Shown: in pieces, positions 52,306 through 64,000 of the stretch
How the letters are laid out: the number at the start of each line of letters is the position of its first letter
How positions within the stretch are numbered: position 1 is the first letter of the stretch
Assembly: GCA_951406725.2 (NCBI GenBank)
Contig: OX597822.1
Coordinates: 63,488,001-63,552,000, forward strand
Direction: 5' to 3'
Length of the DNA: 64,000 nucleotides
Source of the DNA: Octopus vulgaris
Lineage: Eukaryota
Notes under the pieces: generated by a model
Told to the model about the DNA's origin: nothing
Databases searched by the model: none
The model's input: the letters and a program-made list of their open reading frames with translations, nothing else
Program-made: the position numbers and the translations under genes

Positions 52306-53592
52306 ATAGGCCTACATAGCTTTGCTTTTTATTTTCACATTCTTAAAGTACATTCTCGGGTAAAAGTCACACACAGTATTCTGTATAATAATACTTATTA
52401 CAGTAACGTTTGTCAAAAATTTCGGGGTCTCAAGTAATTGACTTATAAACAAATACGAGGTTGCCTCGATGTCTCCGAGACAAGAGACAAGTCCTGGGGG
52501 GGCGATTTGCTCGACTAAAGGCGCTGCTCCTGCATGGCCGCAGTCAAAATGACTGAAGCAAGTAAAAGAGTAAAAGAGTATATGTACGTATGTATGTGTA
52601 TGTATGTATATGTGTGTATATGTGTACACACACGCGCGCGCGCATTGCTGCTGTTATCTGTTAGTTACTTAAAATTTCTTGAAAGCATTCGGGCATTGAC
52701 TCGCTTCTCGCTTCTTTTACCGACGACGCTAAGAAATTGTATGGTTTCTTAGCTGAGCTTGTTTTTTTTAATGTTTCGTGTTTTATTTATCTATTATTAT
52801 TATTTTTTTTTTGCATGTAACGCAAACAAAACAAAATGAATCTTATCAAACCATTACGTATATTGTATTTGTTATTGTTGCGATGTGTATATTTTTTGTG
52901 CATGTTTGTTATTATCGTTGCTTAGCCCCCAGTTCCCCCCTGATCGATGAGTCTTAATTATGACGAAAGGCATATTGCGATATTACGGTGTTTTTTTGTT
53001 GTTTTTTTTGTTATGTTGTATTTTTATGTATTGCGTTATTGTTTATATATTGTTCTACTGCGCCTAATAAATTATGTTAAAAGAAAAGAAATCCAGATCT
53101 TTCGACACACACTGGTATCTGTTCTCGTATATGGCTTCAAATGTAAACCACACCAAAGACAACGAAACTAATCTGCTGATTTCTGCAAGATGTTGGAGAG
53201 TGAAGGGGACTGCTTCAGATTTCTCCAACATATCTAAAACTTCATCGAAGGTGACTCAGCGTCTGTTTCTTTCTGGTGTTGAGTGTACTTTAACCATGAG
53301 AATAATGTTTGGCTAATAGAGTGTGGCTATTAGAATGTGGCACTAAACTGCTTTCAGAAAATCTATGAGATTTATTTGCTTAATCCTTTAGCATTCAGAT
53401 TACTCTGACAAATGTAGCGCTTAATTATTCACATTGTTTTGAATTAATCATGCATTATCTTCGTAGCTTTCAGATTTCGATGAGAGTCCGCCTCGGGTAA
53501 CCCATAAAAGCGTCAACTGAGGGCGGACTCTCCTCATCGCTAGCTATGTACTGTGTGAGTGTGTGCGTGTGTGTGTGTGTAAGAGAGAGTGT

Positions 53593-53628
<36 letters not shown>

Positions 53629-54036
53629 GAAAGAGACAGAAAGAGAGTGAGAGAGAGAGAAGAGGGATGTAGTATGAGTGAAGAGTAGGAGAAAGATGAG
53701 TTAAGTAGGAACACCTGACTTGAGGCAGTAGCTGGAGACCATCCTGTTTGAAAGAGCCAAGTCCCTGTAGTAGACAAAGCTGCTTGAGGAGAAAACACGT
53801 CTGTGATCAAAAGGTTGGAGCTTGTTTGGCTAATGACTTTATGGCAAATTAGTAGACTGCCCCCCCCTCTTTTTTTGGGGGTAGAATGTCTGAATGTACA
53901 ACAGCATTATTAGTACTCTCCCAGATCTGGAAGCAGTCTTGTACTTCATAGTGTCTCTCATTGAGATTCTAGTCTTTTTTTTTTTTTTTTTTGCTTACTA
54001 AAAAAAAATCGAATTTTTAGATTTGCACATTAATTA

Positions 54037-54840
54037 GGCACAGGAGTGGCTGTGTGGTAAGTAGCTTGCTTACCAACCACATGGTTCCGGGTTCATTCCC
54101 ACTGCGTGGCATCTACTATAGCCTTGGGTCAACAAAATCCTTGTGCACGGATTTGGTAGATCTGGAAGAAGCCCCTCTGTGTGTGTGTATATGTGTGTGT
54201 GTGTATGTTTGTGTATCTGTGTTTGTCTCCCACCAACATCGCTCGACAACCAATGCTGGTGTGTTTACATCCCCATAACTTAGTGGTTCGGCAAAAGAGT
54301 CCGATAGAACAAGTACTAGTCTTCCAAAGACCAAGTCCTGGGTGTCAATTTGCTCGACTAAAGGCAGTGCTCCAGCATGGCCGCAATCAAATGACTGAAG
54401 CAAGTAAAAGAATAAAAGAGAGAGACAGGTATGGCTCTGTAATAAGAATTTGGCTTCCCAACCATATGGTTGTGGGTTCAACCCCAATGTGTTAAACCTT
54501 GGTCAAGTGTCTTCTACTATAGCCTTGGGTCAACAAAATCCTTGTGCACGGATTTGGTAGATGGAAACTGGAAGAAGCCCCTCTGCGTGTGTGTATATGT
54601 GTGTGTCTTTGTGTCTGTGTTTGTTTCCCACCACTGTTTCACAACTGCTGTTGGTGTGTTTACGTCCCCATATTGGTGTGTTTACGTCCCCATAACTTAG
54701 TGCTTTGGCAAAAGCGACCGATACAATAAGTTCCTGGCCTAAGAAAGAAAGTAATGGTGGTCAATTCATTTGAATAACATTCTACAAGGCTGTGCCCCAG
54801 CATGGCCACAGTCTAATGACTGAAACAAGTAAAAGATTAA
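54037..54840 (+). mobile_element. Two head-to-tail family A SINEs
   Basis: Copies at 54037-54422 and 54426-54840. Confidence 0.88.
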
Positions 54841-55512
54841 AGATACTCAGTTTCCTCTTGCTTTTTTTTTCTCCTCCTCCCCTCTTAATTTTTTTCCTTT
54901 TCCTTTCTTTTACTCTCATACCTCTCTCTCTCTCTTTGTTTTCCTCCCTCTCTTCTTTGTGTAGCAGAAATCTGGGACACACACACACACACTCTCTCTC
55001 TCTCCCTCTCCCCAATTCCTTATTGATGTATAATGATGTCAAGGTCATATTTCTGAATTAGCATTTATTTATTTATTTATATTTTAATGAAATACAATTA
55101 TAATGCAAAATGTTATAGCAGAGAGTCAATTTAGAAAAATTTTATAATTATTTAAGCCTTCCCCCTTTCCTTAATCCCTTCTGTTCTTGCTTTTAATGCT
55201 TCCTGTTTTAGAGGTTCAGTTTTTGAGCTAGGAGGTCCTGGCTGGAAGACATAGCTGTGTTAAATCTATTGTAAGAAAATTTAGTAGTCGGATGTGGCTC
55301 AATGTGTGCATATGATGATGATGATACTGATGATGTATATATATATATATATAATGAAATACAATTATAATGCAAAATGTTTAGCAGAGAGCAAGTTAGA
55401 AAAGAATTTTGAAAAAATTGGGTTTAATGGTAACATATAATGGTTATATATATCCACTTAAACACTTGAAAATAAAATTGACCCCCACCTCTCACTCTCT
55501 CTCCTCTCTCTC

Positions 55513-55546
<34 letters not shown>

Positions 55547-55654
55547 GTATATATATGTCTGCCTGTCTATCTATCTGTGTATCTATCTGTCTATCTATCT
55601 GTCTGTCTGTCTACCTGTCTACCTACCTATCTATCTATCTACCTACATACCTAC

Positions 55655-55725
<71 letters not shown>

Positions 55726-56427
55726 CATATATATGTGTGTGTGTGTGTGTGTGTATGTTGTAATTTGCTTAATTGAATCAAAATAGAAAGTCCTTGGTAC
55801 AATATTATACACTTGAAAAAAACAAATAAGAATGACATTTCTATTAATTTTTTTTTTTCCAATTTAATGTTTAGATGTTCACAAATTATTGGATATTAAC
55901 AAATATTATGTGTATGTGTGTGTGTGTGTATGAATATGAACACGTGAATGTGTGTGTGTCTATGTATGTGTAGCTTTGCATCAGCCCTAACAACACCAGG
56001 AAAGAAATTAAGACTATTAGAGAAGGACTTCTGATACAAAAAAAAAAAAAAAAAAAAACAGTTTGAAAATTGCAATTCAGCAAGAAAGTTGTTCCCAAAC
56101 CAAAGACCCATTAAAAAATTTTTTTTTTTTTTTTTTAATATCAAACAACCTCTGATCACTGAAAGGAAAGCAGACTCACAATTTGATTTGTTAACATCTA
56201 ATGATTTGTAAACATCTAACCATTAAAGCAGAAAATAATTATCTGAAAAGTCACTTTTTTTTCCAAATATATAATACTGTACCAAGGACTTCAAATTTCT
56301 AATTCTACTAACGGTGACCTGAAGAAGTAATACCCGATATCATCATTAGTCATTTTAAAGATAACTGCACCTTCATGAATATCTCACTTTATCTTACGTT
56401 ATCAATGATCTGCCCATGTTAACTTTA

Positions 56428-56463
<36 letters not shown>

Positions 56464-56937
56464 TATATAAATATATGCATATATACATACATATATGTAC
56501 ATACCTACATATATATGTATATATACATGCATATATGGGTACAGGACATAAAAAAAAATGTGGGCACAATGAGAAACGAGAACATACAAAACAAAAACAT
56601 AGAAAACGAACTTTTTTTGAACAACGGAAAAAACCCCAGAGAAATGAGACATGCAACGTAAAGAACATTCCTTTCATCAATTGTCCCCTGTTTTATCTAC
56701 CCCGCATTTCGAAGGTAGGGACAAGACGCGACTTCGTTAAAACAGTCCTTCCCGTAAAGCAAATTAAATAAATTTTGGGATTTTTTTGCGGAGGGTGAAA
56801 GTAGTAACAAAAACAGGACAGTGAGAACAAAACAGTAAAAACAAACGGTGAGGGCTGTTAAGTCAAGACGATGTGAAATGGTGAACGCTGGAAAAACAAG
56901 CTTTGAGAAGAAACAGATAAAAGCACGTCTTGTCTTT

Positions 56938-57337
56938 CATCATCATCATCATCGTTTAACGTCCGTTTTCCGCGCTAGCACGGGTTGGACGGTTCGACCA
57001 GGGTCTGGGAAGCCAGGGGCCGCTGCAGGCTCCAGTCTGATCTAGCAGAGTTTCTACGGCTGGATGCCCTTCCTAACGCCAACCACTCCGTGAGTGGAGT
57101 GGGTGCTTTTTACGTGCCACCTGCACAGGGGCCAGGGGGTCCGGCATCGGTCGCGATCGGTTCGAGCTTTTAACGTGCCAGCGGCACGGGGGCAACGGGA
57201 TCCGGGGTACTTTGAATGGGTAGGGGTGGGTAAGGTTGGGGGGTAAGGAGGAACGATGGCAGGAAGGGTTGGTGCAGGTTCGTAAGAAATAAAAACGTAG
57301 GATATTACGAGGCGTGGAGGGGACTGGAAGGAGATAG

Positions 57338-57386
<49 letters not shown>

Positions 57387-57743
57387 CATATTTTATATCA
57401 TTTCATCATCATCATCATCATCGTTTAACGTCCGTTCTCCATGCTAGCATGGGTTGGACGGTTCGACCGGGGATCTGGGAAGCCAGAAGGCTGCACCAGG
57501 CTCCAGTCTTATCTGGCAATGTTTCTACAGCTGGATGCCCTTCCTAACGCCAACCACTCCGTGAGTGTAGTGGGTGCTTTTTACGTGCCACCTGCACAGG
57601 TGCCAGGCGAGGCTGGCCACGGTCGGATTGGTGTATTTTATGTGCCACCGGCACAGAAGCCAGTCGAGGCAGTGCTGGCATCGGCCACGAGTCGGATAGT
57701 GCTTTTTACGTACCACCAGACCAGGGATCCTGGCTGGTTCAAT

Positions 57744-57745
<2 letters not shown>
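56938..57745 (-). mobile_element. Two young RTE 3'-end copies (56938-57200 and 57404-57745)
   Basis: catcatcatcgtttaacgtccg...tggatgcccttcctaacgccaaccactcc, CpG retained. Confidence 0.85.
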
Positions 57746-57788
<43 letters not shown>

Positions 57789-59440
57789 GAAAATAAGCTA
57801 AGAAAAATAAGTGGCCAATGGCATGCATTTGAGCAACAGAGGTGAATAAAGGTGTATTAGATACCATATAAGATAATCAGCTCATGCCTAATCAGCTCAT
57901 GTCAAACTGTCCAACCCATGGCAACAGGAAAATCAGACATGAAATGATGATGATGATTAGTCAATTAGTTAACCATTTAATCAATTAACTAATTGTTTAC
58001 TTGATTGATTGACCAAACAATTAATCAAATTAAGATTGGGAATGTACAACTACTGTAATATTTTGTGTGTATGCTTATATTTTCATTTGGATCTTGTTCA
58101 TAAAAATAATTCATTTGGATTTTGTAATCACATTTTCATTCTGAAACAAAGTGAAGCAATGTTTCCATGTGTACACAAAATATATTTATTCACTTCAAAT
58201 TCAGACAAAATATATTTATTCTCTTAACACATTTAAACACATGAATATCAGTTTACCTGCTATTTCTAGCAGGTTGAATGACTGCATAAAAGGCTCCCTA
58301 TTTGGCTGGTAATGCTTGATGTGTTGGTGGTGGCAGTGGTAATCATATGTTGTTGTTGCTTAGCCACAGGTCAACCCTATGGTCAAATGCATCCAAGCCC
58401 CGACCATTCTCTTTAGATTACATTATCAAATGTGTCCTTCCTTTTGTTATGGCAGTTTAAGATTCCGCTGCTATTACTAACTAGTTACTTAAGTGACCTT
58501 ATACCATATAACCCATGCCATCAAGAAAAGCATCTAACATGTAATGATTGTAGTGTTGATATCGGATGTGATAATGCAGTGTTGGTGATGGCTCCACTGG
58601 TGTTGGTGGTGATATTGTGATAATGATAGTGGGGGTGATAGTGGTGGCGTTTGTGATGATACTGAGGCAGTATGCTTTTGTGGGGCAGGGTGGTGACGGA
58701 GATGGCATTCTGGAGAATAATCCCGACACAATATTACATGACCTGGTTACTGCTTCTATCCCAAAGAATCACCAGCAACAAAAGAGGGCTTGACAACTGA
58801 AAAAGATAAATTTATCCAGCTGCGGAATAGGGAATAGTCTATAACAGTTGTAGCTTGCTAATATGTCTGTGTCCCTCTTTAAAAGCTGTCCCTTTTATTG
58901 TCCCCTTTCTGTTTTCCTTGTTGTTATTGTTGTTCTTCTTCTTTTTACCCCTATTTTTCACTGTAAAGCAAAGTAAACCAAGTAGTTTTGAATTGTGAAG
59001 TCAGGGGTTGGGATGGGGGAAGCTTAAAGTAGGAAGAAGGGAAGAAAAGCAGATGAACTGACCCGACCAGCATCTGGTGTATGATGATAATAGGGGTTTG
59101 TCTAATCATTCTAAGGGAAGGGTCAGTCATGTAAAACTAAGTGTAAAACAGTAGTGTCTGTTGAATTGTTGTTACAGTTGCTTGTGTGTGTGTGTGTGTG
59201 TGTGTTCTATCAGTTATGTTTTAACTGGTTTTGGTCATTAACTGTGGCCATGCTGGGGCACCACCTTAAAGTGTTAAATCAATACAAATCAACCTCCAGT
59301 ATTTATTAAATTTTTTTTTAAAGTCTGGCACTTATGCTATCAGTCTCTTTCACCAAACCATTAGGTTATGAGGATGTAAACAAACTAACACCAGTCGTCA
59401 AGTAGTAGGGAGACAAACACAAATGCACACATACTTATAT

Positions 59441-59815
59441 AGTGGCTGTGTGGTAAGTAGCTTGCTTACCAACCACATGGTTCCGGGTTCAGTCCCACTG
59501 CGTGGCACCTTGGGCAAGTGTCTTCCACTATAGCCTCGGGCCGACCAAAGCCTTGTGAGTGGATTTGGTAGACGGAAACTGAAAGAAGCCCGTCGTATAT
59601 ATGTATATATGTGTGTGTGTGTTTGTGTGTTTGTGTTTGTGTGTTGTGTTTGTTGGTGTGTTTACGTCCCCATAACTTAGCGGTTCGGCAAAAGAGACCA
59701 ATAGAATAAGTGGTAGGCTTACAAAGAATAAGTCCTGGGGGTCGATTTCCTCGACTAAAGGCGGTGCTCCAGCATGGCCGCAGTCAAATGACTGAAACAA
59801 GTAAAAGAGTAAAGA
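59441..59815 (+). mobile_element. SINE family A, near-consensus
   Basis: Full match. An older opposite-strand tail lies at 59220-59420. Confidence 0.9.
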
Positions 59816-60158
59816 GTATATATACATTCAATCATAGAGACTTATACTTACATACATTCAAACATTTCATCCTTCTGCTTATATATACTCACTTCTCTTC
59901 ACTCTGGTTGCTTCTTTGAAAAAGACCTATTTGAGGTGAATTTACTCAGTTGTAACTCTATATAAACTGACCAATTAGAGCTGAACTTAGCTCTTTATTT
60001 ATGTTTCATAGTTCGTTTGATATTAAAAAGGCTAATGAACATCATCATTTTCAAAAATGTATATATGTAGGTTGATCTTTCTCAGCGTCGTTGAATAATT
60101 GATTATTGCGTTACAGTCACAATCATATCTGTTGTGGTTATGCTGTATCAGAACTACT

Positions 60159-60608
60159 GTGCTCAGTTTAGTTAAGCATCAGTCATGTTAGAACTTAGCG
60201 GTTCGGCAAAAGAGACCGATAGAATAAGTACTAGGCTTACTTGCTTGACTAAAGGCGGTGCTCCAGCATGGCTGCAATCAAATGACTGAAACAAGTAAAA
60301 GAGTACACGTGCTCAGTTTAGTTAAGCATCAGTCATGTTAGAACTTAGCGGTTCGGCAAAAGAGACCAATAGAATAAGTTCTAGGCTTACTTGCTTGACT
60401 AAAGGCGGTGCTCCAGCATGGCTGCAGTCAAATGACTGAAACAAGTAAAAGAGTACACGTGCTCAGTTTAGTTAAGCATCAGTCATGTTAGAACTTAGCA
60501 GTTCGGCAAAAGAGACCGATAGAATAAGTACTAGGTTTACTTGCTCGACTAAAGGCGGTGCTCCAGCATGGCAGCAGTCAAATGACTGAAACAAGTAAAA
60601 GAGTACAC
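60159..60608 (+). repeat. Tandem triplication, 3 x 150 bp, of a SINE A tail plus flank
   Basis: Units start at 60159, 60309 and 60459, and all share the same internal deletion. Confidence 0.95.
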
Positions 60609-60981
60609 TGGACGAAATGCTCAGCTGCATTTCATCTGTACATTCTGGGTTCGAATCCCAATGAGGTCAACTTTGCCTTTCATCTTTTCAGGGTTCATAA
60701 AACGAGTACCAGTCAAGCACTGGGGTTGATGTAATTGACTTACTTTTCCCTTCGAAATTTCACGCCCTGTACCTATGATAGAAAGGATCATCATCAGCAG
60801 CATCATTAGGCCAGTGGCTGGAAGGATTGGTAGTTTATCATAACAAAAATATGCCTTGTATTTAGTTACATCCCTAGGTTCAAATTATTATCATAGCTAT
60901 CAGTTTTCTCTAGCACTGTTTTCACTTCAGTACTAAATTGCTCTGAAAGTCAACATTCAAATTATTATTATTATCATTATT

Positions 60982-61032
<51 letters not shown>

Positions 61033-62150
61033 ACAGAGCTACATAAGCTTATTGTATGAAGAGCAGTTTATATATATAAATATTTTTTTATGATTATACG
61101 ATGTACTTGAGTATGTATATATAGATATATATATATTATAGTTATGTGATTGTTTTACATGCTTATAGTTATTTGAGAACATACTGTTGTACATAAATAG
61201 ACAGTACTTCTCTGTAGTTAGAGATTTATCTGCTGTTCCCAACATTGCTGTACTCTTTGTATGTATTAGCCTGGTATCTTATTCACGGGGTGGGGGTGGG
61301 GTATGTGATTATAGCTCCTTTTAATTTACTATCACCTCCATTGCATTTAGTATTATTCTAGATATTTTTATCTCTTAAGTAATTATAACCAAGTTCCAGC
61401 TCTTTTCGTAAAAGTGTTTTGGTTACCTGGGATTGATTTGACTTTTGAGGTGGAATAATTTAATATGGGTTGCCTTTTAACAATGATAACAAAGTGATTT
61501 ATTTTTATTTCTGTGTACATAGGTTAACATGCAGCAGAGTGGAATATAAGCCTTGTTCTTCTCAGTAAATGTCTTCTTTTTTTTAATCCATTACTTGTTT
61601 CAGTCATTTGGCCTTGTGGGGGCAGCCTTGAGGTGTTTAAGTTAAAGAAATCCACCTCAGTATTAATTTTTAAGTTTGATTATTGGGATACAAAAAAAAA
61701 AAAACTCACTACTTAATTTTGTGTTAACTATCTGAAGAAAGAGTACTGGATACTAATGGTAGAGATTAATAATATTGATATTTTGGTCAAGTTAATCTCT
61801 TGTTACTCAGTTTTGCCTCTAGGTGTATGGGGTCTTCAGGCAAGTTACGAGACTGTCTTGTCCTAAACAAGGCTAATTTAGCTGTTTCTCCACTGATTGG
61901 AAAAAATGAATTGCTTAATCTATTTTCAAGCCTTATTGGACTCTCATCAGAGGTATCTGTATCAATTTGACCAATCTCGGAGAAACAAGCAGCCAATCGA
62001 TTTATATACTCAACATTTCTGGTAGCTACAGAGTACTATAGCTACTAATTTAAATACTGTATATGTTAACACTTTATTTAGTATCAGGGGCCTCTCAATG
62101 AAGATCTCAGTTCACACAGTATCATGATATCATATATATGTAAACTATAT

Positions 62151-62459
62151 TCTTTCTTTGTGCCCTTTTCAAGCCTAGCCAGGCTCATGGGTCCAGTTTC
62201 CTGGTTTCTATGGTGTATGTGTTCCTCCCAGCTGGACGGGACACCAGTCCATTGCAGCGTCACTCAAGGAACAGTAAGGAAGAGTGAGAGAAAGTTGAGG
62301 CGAAAGAGTACAACAGGGGTGCCCCCCCCCCTGCCGGAGCCTCATGGAACTTAGGTGTTTCCGCTCAATAAACACACTCAACGCCTGGTCTGGGAATTGA
62401 AACCGGGATTCTCTGACCGCGAGTCCGCTGCCCTAACCACTGGGCCATTGCGCCTCCAC
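62151..62459 (-). mobile_element. SINE family C with 13-bp TSD
   Basis: TSD atgtaaactRtat at 62138-62150 and 62460-62472. Homologous to 34741-35052. Confidence 0.9.
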
Positions 62460-63481
62460 ATGTAAACTGTATAGCAGATATATAAACATGGCTAATTTAT
62501 ATTTATACACACCTACTCGATGAGCTTCCACATAGTTTCCGTCTAGTAAGTTCACTCATGAGGCATTGATCAGTTATATTCAAAGACTCTTGCCCAAGGT
62601 GAGACTGAACCTGAACTGGTGTGGTTTCAAGGTGAATGTCTTAACCACGCAGTCATGCCTTGGCCTATGTTTTTCTTGTGCTGTTGTTTGTTGACCCTCT
62701 TTGCTGCTGCTCCGATTGGAAGCCATACTGTATTCATATGAGAATTACCTCCCCTTCCACTTCCAATAGTATTTTATTCTCTATGATAATGCATATATTA
62801 TTTCTCTTAATTTGTCTTTTGTTTTTGAAATCTTTTATCGTTTGTAGAGAATCATTTCACTTATTTTCTTTCCCCTCTGAGTGCCCATCCATTTCAATGA
62901 GTTCAAAGCTCTTTTTTTTTTTCTTAGACCAATTTTCTTCTGTCTTTTTTCCCCCCTTCTTTTTCATGCCAATATTATTGGTTTGTATTTTTTAAAAATT
63001 TCTTGCCAACAATATGCTAGTTACCATTTCCTACCCACCCCCACTCTCTCTTTTGTTTTTTTGGTAATAATTGTGGCAGTTCTGTAATTCAGCTAGCCTA
63101 AGTTATTGATTTCAATCTCTTTGTCTAGAATTTTCCTGATAACCAAATCTTGGTCTTCTATTGATTTCATAACATTTATTTATTTATTTTTTATTATTAT
63201 TATTATTATTATTATTTTGATTATCATTTAAGGTGGCGGCATGCTGACAGAATCGTTAGCACGCCTGGCAAAATACTTAGCTGTATTTTGTCCATTTCTT
63301 ATGTTCTGAGTTCAAATTCTGCCAAAGTTGATTAAATAAGTACCAGCTGAGTACTGGGGTCGATGCAGTAGACTTATCCCTGCCCTGAATTTTTTCCAGC
63401 CTTGTGCCAAAATTTGAAATCATTCTCCTTATTATTTTTTGTTATTAGTTAAGATGGTAAGCCATCAGAATCATTAGCATG

Positions 63482-63860
63482 CCCAGTTAGAATTTTCTTC
63501 TGGTCAAGTAACCCATCACGCTCAAAAGGTCCCTGAATAAGGGTTGTTTAAAGATGTTGAACGAAACACCCATGTTTCCAGAGGTGAATTATTCAAACCC
63601 CAAAGAATCCCTCTCAACACATGGCTATGATGCTCCCACACTACTTCTGCTCATGATCAGAAGTGCACATATCGTCAGCCACTAAGGGACATGCTCAACT
63701 GGTTAAGGTCAAACAACTGACAAGCAAATCTGTGGTATTGAGCAGAATATTTGCTGTAGCCCATCTTTTATACCAAGACAAAACAATGTACATGATAACA
63801 CTTCCAATCAGTTAAGATCAGAAGCCACGAGAGCCACTGTCTGGTACTGCATCAGGGCAT
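63482..63860. mobile_element. Unclassified (TTA)n-bounded repeat, probably the other half of the element at 51762-51948
   Basis: Starts cccagttagaatt, the sequence with which 51762-51948 ends. Both pieces abut TTA arrays. Confidence 0.45.
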
Positions 63861-64000
63861 TATTATTATTATTATTATTATTGTGGTAGGAAGGAGAACC
63901 CTATCATTTTAATACTATTTATTTTTGGCTTTTGTTTCTTACGTTGTTAGTTACTTTATCACCACATTATTTTCTTCTGCTTTATACTGAATCATGTTTG

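Noticed and set aside
56660-56745. Possible hammerhead in the repeat at 56540-56935
   Set aside because: Core boxes are degenerate and I could not build a consistent topology.
57218-57243. G-quadruplex-capable tract gggtaggggtgggtaaggttgggggg
   Set aside because: A single motif between repeat fragments with no functional context.
63795-63860. Faint resemblance to U2 snRNA segments
   Set aside because: Short scattered matches only, with no branch-point recognition sequence or Sm site.

Overview
AT-rich, repeat-saturated eukaryotic DNA. The SINE/RTE repertoire and microsatellite load point to a coleoid cephalopod, probably Octopus (inferred from repeat recognition, not a database search). No intact protein-coding gene is present, and almost all listed ORFs are microsatellite or SINE artefacts. 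The window is intronic or intergenic. It holds at least three tRNA-headed SINE families, RTE 3' ends, a decayed R4/Dong-type LINE flanked by (TAA)n, a decayed Tx1/L1-type LINE, and TA-, TTAA- and 8-bp-TSD MITEs, often nested. Two or three candidate + strand exons (21583-21733, 35497-35508, 39109-39179) could splice in frame, and a candidate promoter lies near 20.6 kb. The most notable signal is a set of six clear and two weaker minimal type I hammerhead-ribozyme motifs in short Penelope-like repeats. One of them (12639-12897) sits behind a tRNA-derived Pol III head, forming a SINE/retrozyme-like hybrid. None of these is shown to be catalytically active, and several copies have core mutations.
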